The notes beneath the pieces are model-generated. The model saw only the letters and a program-made list of their open reading frames with translations, searched no databases and had not been told where the DNA came from. 64,000 bases of DNA, taken from contig OX597838.1 of the NCBI GenBank assembly GCA_951406725.2, positions 16,058,001-16,122,000 on the forward strand, in the 5' to 3' direction. The translations under genes and the position numbers were made by a program. Shown piece by piece: positions 30,823 through 44,177 of the stretch. Within the stretch, counting starts at the first letter, position 1. Each line of letters begins with the position of its first letter. The DNA is from Octopus vulgaris. Lineage: Eukaryota.

Positions 30823-31197
30823 CTGTCTTTACGTTCTGAGTTCAAATTTCGCCGAGGTCGACTTTCATCCTTTCATCCTTTCGGAGTCGATAAATTAAGT
30901 ACCAGTTGCGTACTGGGGTCGATCTAATCGACGGCCTCCCCTCCCTCTATATAATTTCGGACTTTGTGCCTAGAGTAGAAAAAGATTAACCCAGAAAAGA
31001 CGGCAAGCTGGCAGAATCGTTAGCACAAGATGCTTAGCGGCATTTCGTCCGTCTTTACGTTCTGAGTTCAAATTCCGGCGAGGTCGACTTTGCTTTCGAG
31101 GTCGATAAAATAAGTGCCAGTTGAACATTGGGGTCGGGGTCGATGTAATTGATTTACCCCGTCTCCCAAAATCACTGGCCCTCTGCCAAAATTTCAA
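30823..31197 (+). mobile_element. Two family A SINE copies
   Basis: Two occurrences of gttctgagttcaaatt...gaggtcgact...gtcgataaa. Confidence 0.8.
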
Positions 31198-31300
31198 ACG
31201 AAATAAAGAGCCATGTCTACCTCGGGCGCAATTTGAACTCTGAAATGTAAAGAGTCGTTACTAAATTCTACTAAAGGCTTTAATGCGACGCTCTAGTAAT

Positions 31301-31400
31301 NNNNNNNNNNNNNNNNNNNNNNNNNNNNNNNNNNNNNNNNNNNNNNNNNNNNNNNNNNNNNNNNNNNNNNNNNNNNNNNNNNNNNNNNNNNNNNNNNNNN
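31301..31400. other. Assembly gap (100 N)
   Basis: Run of N. Confidence 1.
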
Positions 31401-31784
31401 CGCAAATGCCAGAACTGGGCGCCACTGCGTGGTGCCTAGGACTCCAAACCTGCCATCAAGATGTAGGACAAGATACTGTGATAGCCTGGGCTTCCGAGGC
31501 CCACAGCTCTTCAATATCCTCCCGAAGTACCTGAGAGACCTGCATGGGGTGGATACAGATGTCTTTAAAATGAAGCTGGATCTCTTCCTGTCAGGTGTCC
31601 CAGATGAACCAACTTCACGGCAGGAGGGGCAGATGAGGGCAGCTGCATCGAACTCTCTCATGCACCAAATAGCAGCTGCTAGAAAGCCTCCATGAAGTGA
31701 AACCAAGTAGCAACACAAAATGGTGGTGCCCCAGCATGGCTACAGCTCATAAGCTGAAACTAGAATCAATCAATCAATCAATCA

Positions 31785-31785
<1 letters not shown>
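31401..31785 (+). mobile_element. 3' end of a CR1/L2-group LINE with an intact ORF2 tail
   Basis: RGPQLFNILP...FKMKLDLFLSGVPDEP...AASNSL, a short 3'UTR with stem-loop, and an (AATC)n tail. The 5' part runs into the gap. Confidence 0.8.
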
Positions 31786-31864
<79 letters not shown>

Positions 31865-31923
31865 GTATATATATATATATGTATATATATATATGTATAT
31901 ATATATATATGTATATATATATG

Positions 31924-31982
<59 letters not shown>

Positions 31983-32039
31983 GTATATATATATATAGAT
32001 ATGTATATATATATATGTATATATATATATATAGATATG

Positions 32040-32108
<69 letters not shown>

Positions 32109-32233
32109 GTATATATATATGTATATATATGTATATATATATATGTATATATATGTATATATATATGTATATATATGTATATATATATGTATACATATAT
32201 ATGTATATATATATATGTATATATATATATGTA

Positions 32234-32278
<45 letters not shown>

Positions 32279-32757
32279 GTGTGTGTCTCTCCTTGTCTTG
32301 GACAGCACATGATAGCTGTAAGTGCCACTGTCATACAAGAAGTATCATTTGTTTCTAGTCCTCCCTTATTGGGAAACAGGTGAGGGTTGGCAACAGGAAA
32401 GGCAACCAGCCAGAGGAAATCTGCCTCCAACAAAATTTTGTCTGACCCACACAAGCATGGAAAAATGAATATTAATATGATGCTGAGAATGAATAGGTGC
32501 AGTGAACTGTGTAATTTGACTTTTGTCCTTCGGTATCAACTGTTATTTCCTATTTGCTTACCCCTGGAAACTATGAAAAATGGCTCATATTTCCTTCATA
32601 CTTTGCTTTTCTTACATTTATCCAAACCCCACAGAGTTCTTCAGAACACATGGCTATGATGCTCCTCCACTAGTACTGATCATGATCAGTGATGCACATA
32701 TTGTCAGCCACTAACAAACATGCTCAAGGGGTTACGGTCAAGCAACTGACAAGCAAT

Positions 32758-33160
32758 TTTGTGGTATTGAGCAAAATATTTGCTATAATGATATTTCTAC
32801 TTCAGCAACTCAGTATGAAATCTGTCTGAAATCTAATGGAAAATAGGTCAGTTTCAAAACACTGGTATCCAGGACAGTTTGAAGGGAATAGTAATTTCCT
32901 TTGATTTCTAGATAGAAGCAAATAGGAAATAACACTTACTGACCAAACACAATCAAATCTGTGGTATTGAGCAGAATATTTGCTATAATGATATTTCTGC
33001 TTCAGCAACTCAGAATTGTATCTGTCTGAAATGTAATGGAAAATAGGAGAGTTTCGAAACATTGACGTCCAGGTGAGAAAAGCAAAGTTTGAAGGGAATA
33101 GTAGTCATTTCTTTTGATTTCTAGATAAAAGCAAATAGGAAATTACATTTATTGACCAAA
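32758..33160. repeat. ~200-bp tandem duplication
   Basis: tgtggtattgagca...gcaaataggaaat...tgaccaaa occurs at ~32760-32948 and ~32960-33160. Confidence 0.85.
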
Positions 33161-33249
33161 GACAAAAACAAAAAAAAATCTGTTAAGCTGTTTTTAGAAT
33201 TTTTGGCAATCTCAAATTTAGGAAGGAAAACACACAAAAAATTTTTGAA

Positions 33250-33997
33250 AGAAACTTCATTTGCCTTTATTAATTTAAATTATGCGTACAGCAACAACAA
33301 GAACAACAAGAATTGTTTAAACATTTAACATGTTTCAGAGACCAGCTTTGTCACAATCTAGCAGAGATCACATTATGGCTACAAACAAACAAACAAAAAA
33401 AAATAATAAAGTAACAAATAAATTAAACAAAAAACAAAAAAAAATCAAAACAAACAAGAAAAAGGTCCTAAAAGAGTGAAAGGAGGAGGGAAATAGAATA
33501 CAGAAAGAGGAGGGTGGTTTGGGATTAATGAGACATCTGCAGAATTTTTTAAGGGTTTTTTTGTTTTTTTTTTGTTTTTGCTGTCACAACAGCAGGGAAG
33601 GAGGGAGGGAGGGAATACGTCAGCTTCCAATAATTTATTTTGTATTTATTTATTGTTAAGTTTTTCTTTTTTTTTTTTGTTAGTTTTGAAGTTTTTCACA
33701 CTATTTGAAGTAGAGGTAGGTGTGGGAGTTATATTTCCAGGAATGTTAGATAAATAGATTAGAGATTAACTCCCACTCCCCACTATGGCACTTCCAAACA
33801 AAAAAAAAAAGGTTTTATTTATAAGTTTCAACACATGTTTATTGGCACATGTACTTCACCAGTTATAGAACACACATCATCAGGGGTTTTATTTATTTAT
33901 TTATTTTTACACAGATCAATCATTTGAAAACATATCGCATGCAGAAAATAGTTGATTAAAAGCAAAAAAAAAATTTTTTAAATAAATAAAAATAAAG

Positions 33998-34028
<31 letters not shown>

Positions 34029-37000
34029 AGAAGAAATGAAATACGGGAGAGAAAAAACTCTTTTTTTTTTTTGTTATGCATAAAAAGCCTGACATTGGTT
34101 TTAAAGACAAACATCATTTCTAAGCATCTTGTTTTGAGAAGGGACTACTTTTCAGTCTCTATAATGGCACAAGAAAAATTGGTAGAATGGTAGCTGTTAT
34201 TTTATTGATTTCAGCCAAAGGCTGTGGCCATGCTGAGGCACTGCCATTGTTAGCAAGGGGGGGAAAATAGCTTTTTAATATATAGACATAAAATCTAAAT
34301 GCAAGAATCATAAAGATTAGCAGCTAAATTATCATTTTTTTTAATTGTTTTTCTTTCTTTTAACTTTTGGGAAACTGAGTGCACACACACACGTGTATAT
34401 TTATATACACCTTTGATTTTGTTTTATCTTTACACACATTGCTACACATAAAGTAGAGAGAACAAGTGCATCTTCCAATCAAAATGCAATGCTTTATAAT
34501 TCCTCATTCATTAATTATTTTTCTTACTATGTTTTAATTAACAGGTGGGGGGGGAAACTTATGAAGCAGTAATTGTCCTTTCATTCCCACTCACTCTTGC
34601 ACAAACACATGTTCAAATCAAAAGTAAAATTGAGTGTTAGGGGTGGTGGTCACTGACTTTGACTTCAGAGTTTTCTTAAAGGTCTGTATTTTAAAATTTT
34701 TTCTAGTTCATTCCACCCCCAAATGTATCTTTATTATTATCATTATTATTATTCATGACATTATTTCATTGCTTTTGATTAAAGCAGAAGGCCAAATGTT
34801 TGTTTTTGTCATATGAAAAGTATGGATTATAAAAAAAAAAAAGTCTAAAGACATTCCATTTGAATTCACTGTTCCAGTATGTAAATGGTATCTATTTTCT
34901 CAACTGATTCTTCGATTTGGAGGACAAAAGAGATGGCAATGACAAAACTACCTCGGAGTCCATAGTCATCTATGATTCACATGGGATTTGAACTTAAGCC
35001 ATTGAGCAGTCAAATCAGATGCCATTACAAATCAAAGGTCCATACCAGCATTCTACTGGCTTAACTATCTCCATCGGTAGTTTTTAAAATTCATGTTTCA
35101 TTAAAGTATGCTAGTATGCAGTACAGACCTATGGGTACATATGTAGTCAAGCACTTTATGTATATATATATATATGTATACATACATATATTTATATATA
35201 TGTGTGTGTTTACATACATTATGGATATATATATATATATATATATCCATAATGTATGTAAACACACACACATATATATAAATATATGTATATATATATA
35301 TATGTATGTATACACACATAAATATATATATATATATTTACATACACCCATACATACACACACATTCTAAGCAGCGAGGTTAAAGGTTGCTTCTTTTTTT
35401 TTTTTTTGTGTGTGTATGAAACACTAAAATCCTCCATATGTATTCGTAGAGAATCTCATAAGACCGTAGAATAAATATTTAGTACCTGGAGTTACTTTAA
35501 ACCTTTTTGCTTCAATGACTACAACAAAAGTCTACTGAAAATCATACTATGTTCCATATTGCTGGACTCCATAGCATGAAGCAATGATATAGAAGCAACT
35601 ACAGGTGCTATATATTTCTTTTATCATTAGGTATATGAATATAGATGGTGATAGACTTTTGAAGAATTATTTTCATTGTTAGATGTTTTCCAGTACTTAA
35701 TTTTTTTGTTCTTTCTATTCTTACAAATCTGTTTTCAAATTTTCACTATGATAGCACTGACCTAACACTAACCCTAACAAATTAAGGCATAACGCAGCTA
35801 AACAGCTTTGAAAATTAAAAACTGTAAAAAGAAATGAACATAAAATAATGAAGTTGTATATTTAAATGTGTATGTGTGTGTATATATTTATTTGTATACT
35901 GGTATATGTCAATGTGTATGCTTGTGTATATATACCTAGACTTGTGAATGACCATGTACAGCTAAGGAGAAGAATGTATGAAAGAGTCTGCATGTTAAAC
36001 TGTCAACATGTATGTTATGTTTACACATTAGATATACATAACACTCTTTCTCTCTCTAACTCACACACACACACACATGTATATATACACACATACTACA
36101 CATACAAAGCCTAGAAAGGGATGTGATGTTAAAACAGGCTGATTTGCAGTTGACACACTTTGTCAAGAATTAAGTCTTGTCAAAACAGTGGAATGATTTC
36201 AGAATATTTTCACTCTTCATGTTTACATAACATCATGAGGCTGTATTTGCAAATAGTTTTACATGCACGATCACTTTATGGTCAAAGCAAAAAGAACTCA
36301 ATACCAGTGGTAGAGTAAAGTTATTGTGTATATCATACATTTCATTCAGGGTGTTTTACATCATCTAACTACTCGAGAGTGGCTGTTATACTATGATCAC
36401 ATGACACTACACACATCATACACAGGAAAGTGGCCTTGTACTTTTAGGGAGTACAAATGAGGTCATATTGTGTGGTGGAGATATCTTTTTTTTCCTTTTT
36501 GTTTTGTCTCAAACTGATTAGGCAGAATTAAGTGAATAGAAGGAGACATGCAATGGTTAAAATCAGGAATCAGAAAATTTTTTTGAAGAAACAAAAAAAA
36601 AAAAAAAATACACAGACTTCAGTATGATGAAGGAAGAAAACCGAACAAAAATAATAATAATAATAATAATAATAAAAATAAAGATACTGAAAAAAAAAAT
36701 CACGCAAAAAGATTCAAAACTGGTAAACGAAGCAATAAGTTTACTCTTTAATTAATGTACAACTCATTGAAGGAGATCACAGAAGCATAGTATTATAGAT
36801 TAATTATCATTTGTCGTCATTATAATTTCAAGTAATTAACACTACTGACACTACTCTTGTCATTTAACAGTTGAGATCAACCACAGTCCTAGATTCAGAA
36901 AAGTAATTTTGATGTTTCTTGGTAGCATTAAATTCATACATACATACCTACCTACACATGAACACACATTAATACACACACACACACACACGCACTAGTT

Positions 37001-38914
37001 CTAACATGGTCATTCAAAAGCCTTAATTGAGACAACGGATAAATAATTAAATAATAATAATAATTCTTTCTACTACAGGCACAAGGCCCTGAAGTTTTGA
37101 GTGGGAGAGTGGGTGGGAGAGTTGGGTGGGGCAGTTGCTGTTTACATTAACCCCAGTGATCTATCGACCCCAAGGGGATGAAAGGCTAAGTTGAACTCAG
37201 TGACAGTTGAACTCAGAAAGCCAAAAGACTGGGAGAAAGGCCACTAAGCATTTTGTCCAGTACTAACAATTCAGCCAGCTTGCTACCTTAATAATAATAA
37301 TAATAATCCATTCTACTATAGGCACAAGGCCTGAAATTTGGCGGGAGGGGACAAGTTGATTATATCAACCCCGGTGTATCACTAGTACTTAATTTATCGA
37401 CCTCAGCGGAATTTGAACTCAGAATGTAGTGGTCGGTGAAACACTGTTAAGCATTTCGTCCAACACGCTAATGATTCTGCCAGCTCACCACCTTAATAAT
37501 AACAATAATAATAATAATAATAATAATAATCCTTTCTGCTATAGGCACAAGGCCTGCAATTTTGAGAGAAAGGCAGCAAGGCCTGGAATTTTGGAAGAGG
37601 GGTAGCTAGTTGATTACACTGACCCTCAGAACTCAGCTGGTACCTAGTTCATCAATCTCGAAAGGATGAAAGGCAATGTCAACCTTGGTGGAAATGTGAA
37701 CTGAGAGCATAAAGATGGACAAAATGCTGCTAAGCTTTTTGCCTGAAGTGAATAATTATTTCTCACACTGGGACAAAGCCACGCAACTGTAAGAGGAGAA
37801 AAGTGGTGGTGGTGGTGGTGGGGGTGGGGGTTTAGCAGAAATTGATAGATTTGACCTCAGCAAATGTCTGGAGCACATTTTACAGACTTCATAGGAATGA
37901 AAAAAAGGCAAAGTTGATCCAGGCAAACTATAAATGCAGAACAGAGAGAGAGAGAGAGAATTAAATATTATATTGCACTTCATCTGACATTCTACGGTTC
38001 TGGCGGTCTACACCATTCTCTAACATAATTACAATTGACATTGTTTACAATTATTATTGATTGTTATTATAATTATAATTATTATTATTATTATTAGTGT
38101 TGAAAATCTGGGGGAGAGGGGATAAAAAAAAATACTGAAAAAATAATTATAAAACAAAATTGAAGAAATAATTTACAAGAGAAGCATAAAGCGAATCAAT
38201 CATACACACGTTTGTTCTTGGTTCCAGTCATTCTTCATATTTTTACATCGGATAGTCTCTTTGTCATGATGACATTATCATCATCATCATCATTGCATTT
38301 CGCATGCACAATCTGGAATATTCTCTCTTCCAACACACACACACATCTGCATTCACACTTGATTGGCTCTGTAGTGATTTCTCACCTAGGTCAAAGTTTA
38401 ATAACATTATTATTATTATTATTGTTATTATTATTATTATTATTATCAATATAAGTTGGTGGTGGCCATCATTTTTGTTTTTTTTGAAGGGTTATATTTT
38501 TTTTTATTTTCTTGATGCAGTTCTTTGTTCTTTTTTTCCTCCTACCTCCCTCCTCTTCCTCCTTCCATTCCTCTTCTTCCTCCTCCTTTTATTTAAATAG
38601 TTTCTTTCATTTTGTCAGGGTATTTTTTTTGTTTTTGTCAACAATTCATTTGTTCTTTTATCATTCATATTTTATTTCATGGTTTTGTTTAGTTCTTGAT
38701 TTATCTTTTTTTTTTCTTATTTTATATTGGTAGATTTATGTTTTTTTTTTTTCTTCCTCCAATTTTAAATTGGAGTGGGTTTTGATTTGGTTTCGTACAA
38801 TCTGGTTACAGTTTGGTTTCAGTTTGGTAAAAGTTTCATATAGTTTGGTACAGTTTACTTAAAACAATTTCAGAACTGGTATTTTCTCTGTATTGTAATT
38901 CTAAATTCACTTAC

Positions 38915-38960
<46 letters not shown>

Positions 38961-40840
38961 TTTCCTTTTTTTTCTTTGAGCATGACAGTATTGAGTAAGA
39001 GTGTTCTGCACATGTAGTCAAACTAAATGATTTCATTTTATTGTAGTCTCCATGAGAGACAAAGAGGGACAGATTGAAAGATGTATGTGTGTATATAAAT
39101 AATCAGAGAGAGAGAGAGAGAGAGAGAGAAATTGGACAGAAAGACTGAAGAGAAAAAATCATGTACATATATAAATACTATACAATCATATACAGCAAGT
39201 TTGTGTATCATACAACTGTGAATCTCTTCTGGCAATGATTTTTAAACTCTTGTGTGTCTTATTAAAGAAAAATTGTCTCTTTAACATTTTTTGTGGGTTT
39301 TTTTTTTTTATGTCACTGTTTAGCTTGGTCTCTTCTTTTAAATTGTGTTGTCTTTATGTAAGGAATGAATAAAATTATTTATTTATTTATTTATCTAGTG
39401 TCTCTAAGGATCTCCAGTAGGGAATTTCAAAGACAGGTTGGTGCTCAGCACCAAGTTAAAATAAGCATAAGCTGTTGTTGCCAAAAAAAAAAAAAAAAAA
39501 AAGGAAAAAAAAATTTTGAAAGAAAAAAAATCATTTCTCGCAGCCATTTTTTTTTTTTTGTTGTTTTTTCTCTTTACAAAGCCTGACCATGAAATGTCAG
39601 TCTTAAAAAGTGAACATTTCCATGTCTGATTCCTCTATAGCCTGTGACAGACAAGACAAATAGGGTGGACTGAGGTAATGTAGAATTAAGTGTTCTGGCC
39701 TGAAAAAAAAAACCCAAACATTTTACACACTGAAACGGACATTTTCGGCATCTACTTCTAATTAATTATATTTATTCATTTTTTTTCTTTTCTGCTTCCT
39801 CTTCCTTGCCATTTCAAATGGAAACATTTGGTAATTCATTATTCAGTCAATAATATTTATTCATCATTCATTTGGTCTGTTGCTATTGTTGTTGTTCATT
39901 TTTCTCTTTTTCTTTTTCTTCATTTTTACTATTTCAAACTTCTATAATGTTTGTTATTTTAATTTTTTGTTTTATCATTACATTTTTTTTTTTTTGGTTA
40001 TATTATTTTAATTTTGTCATATTTTCTTCCTTTTTGATTTTCTTTTTCATCTTCTTAACATTTTTTTTTTTTAATCAGTCTACACGTGATCACACACATA
40101 CACAAGTTAGTGTACGGTGTTTTTGTTTCTTTTTTTTTTATATATATATTTGTCTTTTTGTTGAATTTTTGCTTTGCTTCTTTCCCTTCACTTCCGTGTA
40201 TTGAATGTCACAAATGCACAAATTCCGAATCAAGTGTTTTTTTTGTGTCGGTAATTCTGTCGTTTATGTAATGCAACTCCCAGTAGTCAACTGATGAGAA
40301 AAAAAGTCACTTTGCAAGCCAACCATCCAACTAGCCAGCCAGCCTGCCAGTCCGTCAGTCACTTGTACAGCCTCCCCAAACCACACACACAAAAACAAAC
40401 ATACCAGCAAATATATATTCCTCTCCACCAAAAAAACAAAACAGGAATGATGGTTGAAATGGTGGTAAAGATAAAGATGATGTTGTTGTTAACGATAATG
40501 GTGGTGGTGATGATGGCTGTAGTGGCGGTGATGGCAGCGGTGGTCATAGTGGTGGCTTTACAAGTGATTGATAGAAGCCGTGTGACAATGTGATCTGTTC
40601 AATACAATCTCTGAGGATATTAATACCAAGAACAAAAAAAATATATATGTATATATACTTATAAATAATTAGAATAAATGTTGGTACTAATTAGCATTCG
40701 CAGCAGCAGCAGCACCAGCCAGTATGTTGTAGTGTTGTCTTTCTGAGTTGTGATGTGGTCTTCATAATGTTTTCAATTGTTGTTGTTGTGGACTTTGGTT
40801 TGTGTTACGTGTTGGCATGCAGTTGTGAAAGAAAAGCTAT
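33250..40840 (-). other. Candidate long terminal 3'UTR exon of KIF1A
   Basis: Acceptor ttacaaatacag at 40841, no credible coding frame, minus-strand AATAAA at ~33266-33271 followed by a T/GT-rich element, and CpG depletion continuous with the gene body. Confidence 0.4.
37064..37745 (-). mobile_element. Three family A SINEs with CpG decay
   Basis: Same core with CG converted to TG/CA; TAA spacers. Confidence 0.8.
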
Positions 40841-42045
40841 CTGTATTTGTAAGGATAATCAACACTAAGATTAAGTAATGTAAGATTAAGTAAAGATACA
40901 TGAATTAATTTCTTAATTTGATACAAAGACAAGTTAATGAGATTGGCATTTAGTGTAATAAGTAAAAAAAAAAAAACCTTCAAAACACAAATTGAAAGAA
41001 GGGATTTTTTGACACCAGGCAGTGGAACTCCTTTAGTTTATCACAAGCATGAATCTTATTCCACAGTTCTTGCCCATATGAACAATACATAAGTAGGTTT
41101 TATGTACCAAAGTTTAAATCACTAAGGAAAGGCAGAAGGGTGGTGACTGAAGCTGTTTGACAATTCATACCTTTCTTAAATATATTAGCAAGGAAAGGAA
41201 AGTAACTTGATGTCCAATAAGATATGAAAACCATCTCAAAGACCTGGCAAGCTATAAAAAGTTTACCACTTTCTCCTTAACAAGCAATCACCGCAAGAAG
41301 AGGATATAGGAATGGTATAAAATATCAAGACTGTCAGTCAATCATTAATACCCTTTCTTTTGATTAATTAATTAATTAATTTATTTATTTATTTATATAT
41401 TTTTGATAAATACACTATTACAAACTAACATTGGTTTACATAGGAAAGAAAAAGTAGGTAGGTTGAGAAGGTGGAGGTAATGAACAACAGAAGAAGAGAG
41501 TGGGTCTAACCAGCTCAGAAATATAAGGTTAAAAAACCACCTTTATAATACAGAAGATTTCGAAAAATAAAATACAAATATAGATATTTTTCTTAATCAT
41601 CCTTAATTTAAATTTAACATCTTGTACAAATACAGAATTAGCCAGAAACAAAATTTCTCAAATGATCTCTTTTTTCATATTGTGAAACCGTTTTTGGTGT
41701 GCGTTTGTGTGTGTGTTATTGTTTACATTTATTTATATCCATGCTTATTATTATTATTATGCCTCCCCACCCCCTAGATATTTGCTGTTCCTATTACAGG
41801 CTACCCTTCAATTAAGTAAGAGTGCCACCCTGTTTTTCCATCTGGCAAGAAGAGTTATGGACATTTACCTTAAGAATTCAATTAGGTTTGAAGTCAACAG
41901 ATCATAGACCTGAACTTATTAAAAATACAAACAACAACAATAATAATAATAATAATACAAGCAAATAATTTGTTTCTTTTGTTTTTTAGCTACTCCCCAA
42001 AGAATGAGTTTTTCTGCGAAATCGAAAAAAATAAAGCCTACTCAC

Positions 42046-42074
42046 TTCTTAGCGGAAATCGTCATATTTTCCCG
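42046..42074 (-). CDS. Candidate alternative terminal coding micro-exon of KIF1A: (S)GKI-stop followed by a splice donor
   Basis: TACTGAC branch-like motif, AAGCAG acceptor, in-frame TGA at 42062-42064 when joined to the phase-2 exon ending at 53039, donor GTGAGT at 42040-42045. Confidence 0.4.
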
Positions 42075-44142
42075 CTGCTTGTCATGAAGTCAGTAAAGTG
42101 AGGAGAGCCATGAACAAGGTCATGATACTGAGTCATAACTGTGTTTTTATCAGACAAAGATTGGAGAGAAAGAGAGAGAGAGTGTGTGTGTGGATGTGCA
42201 GAAAACTGGCTTTAAATTTTGTACCTAACTCTTTATTCAGTAAGGACACTGGAAAGTTTTCCAAGTATATCTTTTGCACAATAAAGAACATACAATTAAG
42301 TGCATGCTAACATAATGAGCCAAAAAGAATTTTTAATCAATTGAAATTAAACCCATATTGAAAAGAATTCAAAGAAGGCAAGAGAATGAACTCCATCATT
42401 CAAATTGATTCAAAATTAAATGGCATCATCATAAATTCTAGTCAGATCTGAATGTAGACTTAACCTGACAACTAGGAATACAATAGCACTCTTATATTAT
42501 TGCTTTGATCCCCTCTCCTACCCCTTATTAGGGATAACGAATATCATATGGCTCACGAAATAGAGGAAGAAAAACACAGAAAAATGAAAAACCAGATGTT
42601 TTTTTGAGAAAACATCCTAGAACACGAGTTAGCAAGACCTCATCAGACAATTTTTACATTCAAAGGATATGCTATCCTTACTGGTTGCTATCATACCGAT
42701 ATACCATCTATAGTGGTCGATATAACCAAATAATGAAGACAATGCAGAGTCAAACAACCAACTAAATATAGCAGCCAACTCTCCCTCAAGCGTATCTAAA
42801 TTTTCTTTGAAGTGGGGACTACATGTTAGAAGTTGCAAAATTTTCAAGATGGATTGTCCTATAAGGAAGATTGAATGATCACAAGAATGTTTATCAAACA
42901 CTTAGCTCTAACTCAAATCTACTGCTGGACTTGCACATTATACACACACATACACACAGATATATATATGTATGTATGTATGTGAGTGTGCATATCAGGA
43001 TGCAAGGCTTGTAGATTATTGGTCTTAAAACATACCACTAGTTATCTACATGGCACAGGGGGTGTGCTCAGAAAGAGCCGATTGGAGACACCCCCAGCAA
43101 CACTATCTTGATTGGTTTACAACCACAAACTCAATTTCTAACTGTAACAAATTTACATCTGAGATTGAAGCAATTTTTGTCCTACACATAATACAGATTT
43201 TTATTTACCAAAAAGAAAAAGATTTATATATATATACACACACACTCACATACTCATAGACTTATTCAGACCAGATTGTCAGTAGTGAAGATTCATGAAG
43301 ATATTGTGCAAAAATGTGTGTTTATATAAGGGTATACATGTATGCATACATATTGCATACCTCTTGGCTCATAAAGAACCTCATACAGATAACACATTGC
43401 ACACACACATTCTTAATAATTAAACTGTATCTGTTTCACCGTCGAATTTTTAAATTAATACTTCTACATAAAAATATATTGATTTTTAAAAAAATTAAAT
43501 AAGAATATTGCACTTGTATGTGTGTGTGTATGTATGTATATGTGTGTGTGTGTTTTGAATTTTTGTTTTTTTTCCGTTAAACATTTATGATAAAGAATTC
43601 ACAGAAGACAGGGAAAGCTACAAAAGACAACCATGCAAGATTTACAGAAACTGGCAAAGTACAGAACTGATTGAACTAGTAATAGAGAGAGAGAGAGAGA
43701 GAGAAAAAAAAAACTCTTGTTTTCTTTTCAGATCTTTATCTTAGCCCAAGAGAACCAATGTTTTTTTGGGGGTTTTTTTTGAGAAGATAAGAATAACATA
43801 ACATACTGTGAGCATTTATTAGGGTGCTATGGGAAGTTTAAAAAATAATAATGGTTAGTATATTGCTCCAACCTGGCCAAGGCTACATTGGCTAAAACAA
43901 ACTAAAGGACTATATCTTGGCAGTGTTTGAAAAAAAAATAAAATAAAAATCATAATAAAATAATAATTAATAACGTCGGTTAATTATCGTTAAGTTGCTG
44001 GAATAGATTTAAAGCAAGTTATTAAAACTTGCAGGTTGAAAGGCTGGATTGATAGATGTACACAATGTTGGCTTATTGAACTGAACAAGAGTTAAACGTT
44101 GATGAGTGCTCGTAGAACTGGAGATAAATATCTGGAACTATT

Positions 44143-44177
<35 letters not shown>

